From Planctomycetota bacterium (GTDB lineage: Bacteria; Planctomycetota; UBA8108; SXIK01), in NCBI GenBank assembly GCA_965223845.1, contig CBDCXR010000004.1, positions 5,696,001-5,760,000 of the forward strand: 64,000 bases of DNA. The letters are read 5' to 3'. The position numbers and the translations under genes were made by a program. How positions within the stretch are numbered: the first letter of the stretch is position 1; each line of letters begins with the position of its first letter. The notes beneath the pieces are model-generated. The model worked only from the letters and a program-made list of their open reading frames with translations. It had not been told where the DNA came from and ran no database searches. Positions 18,813-26,978 of the stretch are shown one piece after another.

Positions 18813-19993
18813 CGAGCGTCGAGACGTTCGAGTCGGCACGGCTCCGCTCCGCGCGATTTCGCGCGAATCCGGATTATTCGCTCGTGCCGTTCGATCGGCT
18901 CGACGGGTCGGAGCGCGGCTCCCTTGAGGAGCTGCGCCCCGACCCGGAATTCTATGGCGTGATGAAGCCGGTCGAGGGGTCGCGAGGGAACGTCAAGAGA
19001 GTCGACCCGCACACTGCGCTTCTTCTTCTGACGCTCGACGATCCCGGCGGACTACCCAGCTACGTTCTCGCCCGTTTGGGCGAAGATCTAAGGCCTGTTG
19101 CACAGCTCTTGCTTGAGGGCCTACTCGAGATCGAACGAAACGGGATCTTCGTAAGTGGTCCGGAGAGCCTCGACGGACTTCGTTCGGGAACGAAGCTCTC
19201 TCGTCCGATTCGGTCCTTCCTCGCGGCTCTCTCGGAGCGCGCGGTCCGACTCGCTCAGGACTTGCCGACTTCGGACGCCCAGAAGATCGCAGCTCGTCTT
19301 TATATGTACCACCGGCTCCCCGCCACATCGCGCTGGCGCGACGAACTGGGAAACGACGAGGGAGTCGAGAAGGCGCTCGGGCTCGATCGAAATTCAGTGC
19401 GCCACCTGCTCAACCGGCATTGGCAGCGAATCGATACGCCTCCACCGAACGACCATTGGCTCGCCTGGTCGGCCGCACCAGCGCGTGCTCAGAGACCGAC
19501 CCAGGGCCCGACCTACAAATTGTACGTAAGTCCTCACCCCGACGACCTAGGTGAGGTATTCGAACGCACGGTGGAGATCTTGACCGAACAGAACGTGCAG
19601 TCGTTCAAGATCGGTCGCGATACGGGAGGACTCCTCAGGCCTGACAAATTCGTCGCGTACTTCTGGGATCGCGCGCAGCTCTTCGAGACCGGAGAGCGAA
19701 CTGCCGCAGCTCTCAGCGGATTTCGCGCGCACGGCGTCCCGTTCACCGCCGCTCTCGACGATCGGGGCATGGTCTCGTGGGGAGTTGATCCCGACCGGCC
19801 GGAGTTTCAAGTGCGGTGGCTCTCGGACGAAAGCTGGAGACTACGTGTCACACGGCGGCTCGCGACCGCACTCGTAGATTGCCGAGACGCGCCGAGTGGC
19901 GCGATGGAACCGTGGGAGTTCGCCCTCGAGCGCGTGCGTCTCGAAGGGATCGACGTCGATACCTGGACGCCCGAGGAGGCGAAGAACCAGTGA
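18809..19993 (+). CDS. HopA1/OspF-like phospho-Ser/Thr lyase with N-terminal RRE-like domain
   Basis: YKLYVSP, SFKIG, RPDKFVAYF, GVPFT, SWGVDP, ESWR resemble LanL/HopA1 lyase motifs (WKLHVS/FK/GKFITVY-like). Coupled to both neighbours (ATGA, GTGA). Confidence 0.7.
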   Translation: MTSVETFESARLRSARFRANPDYSLVPFDRLDGSERGSLEELRPDPEFYGVMKPVEGSRGNVKRVDPHTALLLLTLDDPGGLPSYVLARLGEDLRPVAQLLLEGLLEIERNGIFVSGPESLDGLRSGTKLSRPIRSFLAALSERAVRLAQDLPTSDAQKIAARLYMYHRLPATSRWRDELGNDEGVEKALGLDRNSVRHLLNRHWQRIDTPPPNDHWLAWSAAPARAQRPTQGPTYKLYVSPHPDDLGEVFERTVEILTEQNVQSFKIGRDTGGLLRPDKFVAYFWDRAQLFETGERTAAALSGFRAHGVPFTAALDDRGMVSWGVDPDRPEFQVRWLSDESWRLRVTRRLATALVDCRDAPSGAMEPWEFALERVRLEGIDVDTWTPEEAKNQ

Positions 19994-22365
19994 CTTCCCC
20001 TGACACGACGTACGTCCTACCGCCCGACGTGTTGGTGATTCCGGCCGGAGACCTCGACGGCGATGTGCGCTCGCGGATGGAGATGAGCGACCGAGAATTC
20101 GCTCTGACACGCCCTCGGGCGCGGATTCCATCCAAAGTCGTCGATGCAGACACCGCTCGCCTACTCGAGCAGTTTCGGGAGCCAAGCTCGATCGTGGAAG
20201 CGGTCGTGCGGTATTCCACGCCACGCCACCTCGATTCGGAGCACGTGCTCGAGGCGGCTTATCCTATGCTCCGGGGCTTGACCGAGGCTCGTTTACTCCT
20301 GCGCGACGGCGAGGAGGGTAGCGAACCCATCGAAGCCGCTTTTCATCCGGGCGATCGCTTCGCGGGATTCGAGGTTCTCCGCCTCGTCCACGTATTCGAG
20401 GACACCGAACTCTACCGTGCGCGCCAATCCACCGGACAGGAGGTCGCGTTGAAACTCGCGCGTCCGCCTCATGCCGATACGATGCGCTCGGCACTTCAGC
20501 GTGAGGCCGCCCTTCTCGAGGGGCTCGCCAATGCGGCAACGCCCGGCGTCGTCGCCTTCGGAGAGGAGGACGGACGTCCGTATCTTGCGTTGGAGTGGAT
20601 CGACGGAGTACCTCTCGCGCAAGCCGCCCACTCGCTGCGCGGCGGTGCGTCCGCGCGCGCTCATCTTCTCGACCTCGCTGTCCGCGTCGTCGAGACGTAC
20701 GCCGAACTCCACGCCGCGCACGTGCTTCACTCGGACGTGCACCCGGGAAACGTGCTCGTGGACAAAGCCGGGTCCGTCGTACTTCTCGACTTCGGACTCA
20801 GCCGCCGAACCATCGCCGGGGATCCTCTCGCTTCTGCCGGACGCGGGGGAATCTCGACCTACTTCGAGCCGGAATACGCCGCAGCCGTCCTCAACGGACA
20901 GACCGTCCCGCCTTCCACCGCGGAAGGTGAGCAATTCAGCGTCGCGGCGCTCGTCTACTCCGTGCTGTGCGGACAGTCGTATGTCAACTTTCCTTTCCAT
21001 CAGCGCGACTTGCTAAGGGCGATCGTCGAACAGCCCGTTCGGGCATTCAGTGACTGGGGTCAGGAACCTTGGTCGGACGTCGAGTCCGTCCTCTCGCGAG
21101 CTCTAGCGAAGTCCCCGGCGGACCGCTTTCCCTCCATGGCTGCATTCGCTGACGCGCTAGGAGCAGCGCGTTCGACGACGAAGATCCGAAGAACGGGAAA
21201 CGATCTGGAGAGCGAGGTCCAGGCAACGGCGGAAGAAATCGTCGCTCGCACGGTGGAGCGGGCTCGGCCGAACGGCGAACTCGGTCGCACCGGCTTCATC
21301 GAGCCGCCCCGAAGCTCGGTGAACTTTGGGGCCGCTGGCCTCGCCTACGCGCTCCTACGCATGGCGACGATCCGCGAAGACGGAGAGTTGCTCGCCCTCG
21401 CGGATTATTGGTCTGCCCGCGCGGTTCAAGACTCAGAGCGCGACGGCGCGTTCTACAATCCTCAACTCGATCTCCCGCGAGAGATACTCGGGTCCAACAC
21501 GCTCTACCACACAGCCTCGGGTGTATGGCTCGTCCGAGCCTTGGTGGCTAGAGCGCAGCTCGATCAAACCGAGCTCAACGCGGCGCTTCAGTCGTTCGGG
21601 CAAGCGGCGAACACCGAGACCGACAACTTGGACGTCGCCCTCGGCCAAGCAGGGATCATTCTCGGCTGCGCCTTGCTGGCCGAGGTGGAAACCGACGTCG
21701 CCGGGCTACGGGAGTTCGGTGACGGTCGCGTCACCGCGTTGTGGAGAACGCTCGAGGGCGCGAGCCCGAGGCGACGCGAAGAGCGTCGGCTCAACCTCGG
21801 AATGGCGCACGGCTGGGCCGGAGTGCTTTTCGCCACTCTACGTTGGGCTCGAGCCGTGGGAGCTCAACTCCCGGCCGGGTTCGAAGCGAATCTCGGAGAG
21901 CTGGTCGACTGCGGCATTCCGGCGGGCGACGGGATGCGTTGGCCTTGGTTCGACGGAGGTTCTCCGAACCGGTCAAGCTCGATGGTCGGCTGGTGTAACG
22001 GGAGCGCTGGTTTCGTATTCCTTTGGTCCCTCGCGAGTCGGCATTGGCCCGACGGCCGCTGGCTCGAACTCGCTCGAAGAACGGCTCAACACGCGTTCGA
22101 CGGTCGAGATGGTGCGGTCAGCCTGTGCTGCGGCGCCCTCGGCAGCGCGTGGGCGATGCTCGATCTCGCTCGCGCGGGGGGAGGAGACGAGTGGGTCAAG
22201 CGTGCTCAAGAGCTCTTTCTGCTCGCGGCCGCACGAGCGGACCAACTCCAAGACCAGCGGGACAGCCTGTACAAGGGCGAGTTGGCGCTCGCTCTTCTGG
22301 CCGCCGAGATCTTGCGCCCCGAAGACGCATGTATGCCCATGTTCGGTGAACTAGAGCCGCATTGA
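19990..22365 (+). CDS. Ser/Thr kinase-LanC cyclase fusion (lanthipeptide synthetase lacking a fused lyase), N-terminal RRE-like domain
   Basis: Kinase VALK, REAALL, HSDVHPGNVLV, LLDFG. LanC GAAGLAYAL, GQAG, GMAHGWAG, GWCNGSAG, SLCCG, SLYKG. GTG at 19990 with GAGGAGG RBS. Confidence 0.88.
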   Translation: MTSPDTTYVLPPDVLVIPAGDLDGDVRSRMEMSDREFALTRPRARIPSKVVDADTARLLEQFREPSSIVEAVVRYSTPRHLDSEHVLEAAYPMLRGLTEARLLLRDGEEGSEPIEAAFHPGDRFAGFEVLRLVHVFEDTELYRARQSTGQEVALKLARPPHADTMRSALQREAALLEGLANAATPGVVAFGEEDGRPYLALEWIDGVPLAQAAHSLRGGASARAHLLDLAVRVVETYAELHAAHVLHSDVHPGNVLVDKAGSVVLLDFGLSRRTIAGDPLASAGRGGISTYFEPEYAAAVLNGQTVPPSTAEGEQFSVAALVYSVLCGQSYVNFPFHQRDLLRAIVEQPVRAFSDWGQEPWSDVESVLSRALAKSPADRFPSMAAFADALGAARSTTKIRRTGNDLESEVQATAEEIVARTVERARPNGELGRTGFIEPPRSSVNFGAAGLAYALLRMATIREDGELLALADYWSARAVQDSERDGAFYNPQLDLPREILGSNTLYHTASGVWLVRALVARAQLDQTELNAALQSFGQAANTETDNLDVALGQAGIILGCALLAEVETDVAGLREFGDGRVTALWRTLEGASPRRREERRLNLGMAHGWAGVLFATLRWARAVGAQLPAGFEANLGELVDCGIPAGDGMRWPWFDGGSPNRSSSMVGWCNGSAGFVFLWSLASRHWPDGRWLELARRTAQHAFDGRDGAVSLCCGALGSAWAMLDLARAGGGDEWVKRAQELFLLAAARADQLQDQRDSLYKGELALALLAAEILRPEDACMPMFGELEPH

Positions 22366-22731
22366 GAAGCGGTTGCGTCGTCCGATTCTGAACGCAATTT
22401 GTTGGCCGACGATGGCGATCGTGAAGACGTACTCGCACTCTACCTCGACCCGTCCCACCCCATCCCCGTGTTCTCGACCTCCAAGACACTCGTCTCGGAA
22501 TCGACGACCGCGTTGACGATCTCGAAACGTCGAGCACGGTGTGAATCGCACTGCGCTGCGGGGCGGATTGAGTCGCCGATCGCCTTCGTCCTCGTTCAAC
22601 CGGCAGAGAGCAAAGTCGCTCGTTCGTGCCCATCGAAGTGCTCCGCCGGGATCGCCGCGAAGACGTAATTCCATCGCGGTGCAAGCCCGGTCTTTCCGCC
22701 TCGCAATCGAGCGCCCAGGAGGTCGGTCTCG

Positions 22732-23781
22732 TCATCGTCCTCTTTCAACCGCATCCCGATACCGCTCGACCCACGCCGCCAGCCGCCGCCCGGGACAGGT
22801 CGTCGCGCCGAGACCGTGCTCGTGGCGCACCTCCGCGTGAGTGAACACGCGCGCGCGTGAAATCGAATGCTCCTCCCGAAGCGCATCGATCAGTCGCTCG
22901 AGCGAGTTCGCCTGGGCGAGAGTGAGCTTCTGTCGGTCGAAGCTCCCGAGAACGAGAACGCCGAGATTGTGCTCGTTCGCACCCGACCCTGCGTGTGCGC
23001 CGACCGAGCGCTCTTCGCGGCCCTCCCAGATGCGACCGGCTCGGTCGACGACGTAGTGATATCCGATATCGACCCACTTCCGCATCTGCTGATGGTTCTT
23101 CTGGACCGAAAGAAGAAGCGCCGCGGTTTCATTCTTGTCGCTCGTCTCAACGGGTTCGTCCCCGAAGTGGTGGATCGTGATTCGATCGGCGCCGTCGAGA
23201 GCTCCGGTCGGCGCGGTCGGCTTCCGCGCGCGCCAACTCTCTCTCGCGAGAATCTCGACTGCGCCTTTTCGGATGACCGGTGGTTCCGTTTCCGAAGCGT
23301 CCGACGAGACCTGCCTTCGCGGCGGCTCGGCGGGATCGCGATGCGTCTCGACGACATAGAAGGTCACCGCGATAGCGGCGACGAGTGCGAGCGGGACGAG
23401 AGCCAGGGGAGAGGGAGGACGACCGCGTCCGAGATCTGCCGAGGAAGACGGTTCGATCGGAGCTCGAACCGACGCCGAACCTCCGGACGCGCGGGCAACA
23501 CTCGTCGGCTCGGCGGGGAGGTCGGCTCGAGACGGTTCCTTCTCCCCACTTTCGTCCGCGGGATCCGGGTACGCACACACGGAATCCTCTCGCTCCCGAC
23601 GGGACAGTCCCCCGCCGGTCTCCTCTTGTTCCCTCACCTCGACTCCCTCGCGGCTCCACTTTGCTCGCGGCCCTCGGACGGGACGCGCGGCACCGATTGT
23701 ACTCCGGCGAAAGGAATCTCGAAGAGGGGATCGAAATCGCGAATGCTCGCGCCCGCCGAGAGACCCGACCGGAGTGGTCAC
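22732..23781 (-). CDS. Membrane-anchored N-acetylmuramoyl-L-alanine amidase (PGRP/Amidase_2); start uncertain
   Basis: ARESWRAR, ITIHH, WVDIGYHYVVDRAGRIWEGR, GAHAG, FTHAEV, TCPG. TM segment LALVPLALVAAIAVTFYVV. Confidence 0.85.
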   Translation of the reverse strand: MTTPVGSLGGREHSRFRSPLRDSFRRSTIGAARPVRGPRAKWSREGVEVREQEETGGGLSRREREDSVCAYPDPADESGEKEPSRADLPAEPTSVARASGGSASVRAPIEPSSSADLGRGRPPSPLALVPLALVAAIAVTFYVVETHRDPAEPPRRQVSSDASETEPPVIRKGAVEILARESWRARKPTAPTGALDGADRITIHHFGDEPVETSDKNETAALLLSVQKNHQQMRKWVDIGYHYVVDRAGRIWEGREERSVGAHAGSGANEHNLGVLVLGSFDRQKLTLAQANSLERLIDALREEHSISRARVFTHAEVRHEHGLGATTCPGRRLAAWVERYRDAVERGR

Positions 23782-24099
23782 TGAAGTCGGGATCGCGCGA
23801 GGCTTCAGCTGGACGGCTGCCGCTTTTCTACGTACGATGCTGCTTAGTTGTGTGTGTTTGAGCGGTCCCTTCGAACGACGCGTCGCCGCGAGGCGCGCTG
23901 AAGCCGGATCGCTTCACCGGAGTTCGCGAATGAGGGGCGATCGATGATGCGCACTCGACGGGAGCGCCGTAGGCCGATGCCCTCGCTCTCGGCAAACGCA
24001 GTGGTGTTCGTCTAGGAATCATCCGGCACGGCGGAGGTGGGATGCGGTGTGTGGGTCCCACGATCGCCTCGTGCGCAGGAAGCTACGTGGGATGGCAAC

Positions 24100-25362
24100 A
24101 TGACCGACATCTATCAGGCGATCTGGGACGCGGATCAGGCGGAGAACGGCATTCGACCGATTCTCGATACCGACGACGGCGACGACGCATCCGGGTTCGT
24201 CTCGGTCAACAGCCGACTTTCGGCTGACGACCCGGCTCTCCGCGTTCTTCCTGAAGCGGTGATTCCGCCTTCGAAGCGACCGACCTACGACCTCTGTCTC
24301 CAGCTCTTCGACAACTACGCACTCCGCGAGCGCGACGAAGAGATCGAGACCCCCGCCGAACGGGAAGAAGTGCACGAGCTCGTTCAGGCCATGATCGAGA
24401 CCGCGCCCATGGAGGTCGCGCGCGAGTACGTCGCGACCCAGACGGGCACGGGCGTCAGCCGGGAGCGCTGGTACACGACGATCATGGAGATGTGGTTCCG
24501 ACGCTTCACGATGGGAGGCGATCCGGACCTAAGCGGCTTCGAGCACGTCGTCGTCGGAGAGCAAGAGGGCTCGAAAGCGCAGGGCTATCACTTTTGGTAC
24601 AAGTACTATCTCGACGACGGTTTCGCCGGGGAGCTCGACGGCGATCACTCGGACGATTTCCCCAATCTTCCGAACGATCGCATCGCGTATTTGGGATCGC
24701 GAATGGCCACGGGACAGAGGCAGTTCCCGGAGACGGTCACCATTTCGTACCGCTGGCTCGCGCCCGACTACGACCGCGGCGCGATGAGGCCGCTCACGAA
24801 ACCGACGGGCGGATTCTTCGTGGGCTGCAGCGTGGAGGGACTGCTCGCGATCGGGACGATCCGCGCGCACCGCGGCGTCCAGGCGCCCACCAAGGCTGTG
24901 ATCAACGGGGCGAAGTACTCGCTCGCGATGTACACGAGCCAAAACGGACGACACGTTCGAACCTTCTATCCGAAGTTCCTCGGAGAGGCCCCGGCGCCCG
25001 GCGATGAAGGCGGCGGAGTCGTTCCCCCGGTTCGTGCTGTCGAGAGCGTGCGGCTCGTCGCCGCCCTCGTCAATCCCGAAGGACACGACCCCGGTCTCGA
25101 GACGGTGACCCTGCTCAATCGCTCGGCGAGCCCGGTGTCGATCGAAGGCTGGAGCGTCGTCGATCGAAATCAGCGCGCGACGACGCTCGGGGGAACGATC
25201 GGCCCCGGCGACGCCGTTCGCGTTCGTCTCGACGGTCGGGGCGCGCAGCTCTCGAACTCGGGCGGAGAGATTCGGCTCCGCGATGCCTCGGGGACCACGA
25301 TCCACTTCGTCACGTATTCCCGAGCCCAGGCGCGAAAGCAGGGCACGACCATCGTTTTCTGA
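24100..25362 (+). CDS. XendoU/EndoU-family ribonuclease fused to a lamin-tail (LTD) domain
   Basis: IWDADQ, LFDNY, SGFEHVVVGE, GYHFW, KPTGGFFVGCS (His-His-Lys triad). C-terminal AALVNPEG..ETVTLLN...IEGWSVVD...LSNSGGEIRL. Confidence 0.8.
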   Translation: MTDIYQAIWDADQAENGIRPILDTDDGDDASGFVSVNSRLSADDPALRVLPEAVIPPSKRPTYDLCLQLFDNYALRERDEEIETPAEREEVHELVQAMIETAPMEVAREYVATQTGTGVSRERWYTTIMEMWFRRFTMGGDPDLSGFEHVVVGEQEGSKAQGYHFWYKYYLDDGFAGELDGDHSDDFPNLPNDRIAYLGSRMATGQRQFPETVTISYRWLAPDYDRGAMRPLTKPTGGFFVGCSVEGLLAIGTIRAHRGVQAPTKAVINGAKYSLAMYTSQNGRHVRTFYPKFLGEAPAPGDEGGGVVPPVRAVESVRLVAALVNPEGHDPGLETVTLLNRSASPVSIEGWSVVDRNQRATTLGGTIGPGDAVRVRLDGRGAQLSNSGGEIRLRDASGTTIHFVTYSRAQARKQGTTIVF

Positions 25363-25400
25363 TCGAAACACGGCAAGCGAAACCCGGTGGGAGGTTCTCC

Positions 25401-26915
25401 ATGCTTCGTTACATCAAGAAACTCACGAGCGAAAAGCAGCCCTACACGACTCCCCTCTACAAGCGCGCTTCGGGCGACGACCATTCGATCGAGCTCCTGT
25501 GGGGAGATCGCGTGCGCGTTTTGGACTCGAGCGGGAGCCGCTTCCGCGTTCGCGCGCGCGGCAAGACAGGCTTCGTCAAAAAGAATCGACTCCAGACGAA
25601 GTCGCTGCTCGAGCTCTACTTCATCGACGTCGGTCAGGGAGACGGTGTGCTCGTGCGAACTCCGGACGACCGCCACATTCTCATCGACGGAGGCTGGCCG
25701 CGCCGAAGTCAGCCGACGGGAAAGAACGCAGCGGATTTCGTCGACTGGAAGTTCGTCAAAGACTACGAACGAAAAACCGTCCATCTCGACGCCATGATCT
25801 GCTCGCACAACGATCAGGATCACTACGGCGGTCTATGGGACTTGCTCGACGTGAAGCAAAAGGACGAGCTCGACGCCGAGGGGGTGACGGTCGAGAACTT
25901 CTATCACGCGGGACTGTCGTGGTGGAAATCCGGCGGGAAGCGAGTCTTGGGACCGTCGATCGAGACGTCCAAGGGCAAGATGTGGACCCGGCTGCTCGAC
26001 GATCGCGCGAGTCTCGAGAAGGGCCTCAAGACGTCGGGAAGCCATCCGAAGCTGCAGGGCGAGTGGGCGAGCTTCCTCCGATCCGTGCGTGACGCGAAGA
26101 GCTCGGGCGGCGCTCCGACCCCCGTAGAGCGCCTCAGCAGCGCGACCGGAGTCTTGCCGGGATTCGACAGCTCCGATCTTCGCATCCACGTCTTGGCGCC
26201 GGTCGAGTTCGACGTGGACGGGAAGTCGGTCATCCGCAAGTTCCCCGACGGGAACAGCAAGAACACGAACGGCAACAGTGTCCTTCTCCGGCTCGACTAC
26301 AAAAAGTCGCGGATCCTTCTCACCGGCGACCTCAACCTCCACAGTCAAACATCGCTCCTCGCGGACTACGGGCGGAACACGGACGTTTTCTTCAGCGATG
26401 TCGCGAAGGCGTGCCACCATGGAAGCGGCGACGTCTCGATCTCCTTTCTCGAACGGATCGAGCCTGCGTGCACCATCATTTCGTCGGGCGACAGCGAAGG
26501 ACACGATCACCCGCGACCGGAGATCATCGCGGCGAGCGGCCTCACCGGAAAGCGAGAGACGCGAGGCGACAAGCTCGTCACACCCCTCGTCTATTCGACG
26601 GAACTCGCGCGCAGTGTGGCGCTCGGACGCGTCACGAAGATCGAGGAGCTTCGAGCGAGCGGAACCGTTCAAGAGACGTACGAAGAGGACGAGCTCAAGA
26701 AGCTGAAGGCTTACTTCAAGGTTGTCGACGCCGGTGCTCGAGCCCCGAAGAGTGGCTCCGCTCGTGTCGCCCACCGTCGGCTGGCGGCGAGCACCACTTA
26801 CGGGTTGATCAACATCCGCACGGACGGCTCGACCATCGTGGCGGCCGCACTCAACGAAAAAGAGTTCAAGTGGAACGTCACGTCGTTCAAGGCGCGGTTT
26901 CCCGGAGTCGGCTGA
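25401..26915 (+). CDS. ComEC/Rec2-like MBL-fold metallo-hydrolase with N-terminal SH3-like segment
   Basis: FIDVGQGDG, LIDGG, SHNDQDHYGG, NGNSVLLRL, LTGD, KACHHGS, HDHPR. GGAGG RBS. Confidence 0.85.
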   Translation: MLRYIKKLTSEKQPYTTPLYKRASGDDHSIELLWGDRVRVLDSSGSRFRVRARGKTGFVKKNRLQTKSLLELYFIDVGQGDGVLVRTPDDRHILIDGGWPRRSQPTGKNAADFVDWKFVKDYERKTVHLDAMICSHNDQDHYGGLWDLLDVKQKDELDAEGVTVENFYHAGLSWWKSGGKRVLGPSIETSKGKMWTRLLDDRASLEKGLKTSGSHPKLQGEWASFLRSVRDAKSSGGAPTPVERLSSATGVLPGFDSSDLRIHVLAPVEFDVDGKSVIRKFPDGNSKNTNGNSVLLRLDYKKSRILLTGDLNLHSQTSLLADYGRNTDVFFSDVAKACHHGSGDVSISFLERIEPACTIISSGDSEGHDHPRPEIIAASGLTGKRETRGDKLVTPLVYSTELARSVALGRVTKIEELRASGTVQETYEEDELKKLKAYFKVVDAGARAPKSGSARVAHRRLAASTTYGLINIRTDGSTIVAAALNEKEFKWNVTSFKARFPGVG

Positions 26916-26978
26916 GCCGCATCGCGCGGGAACCCAGGTACTCGCGCCCGAGGACTCGCCCGCAGAGGGGGCGAATCC

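Noticed and set aside
22366-22731. Small ORFs after the kinase-LanC gene (second precursor, immunity gene or pseudogene)
   Set aside because: No RBS, no Cx3[S/T] pattern and no recognisable domain in any frame.
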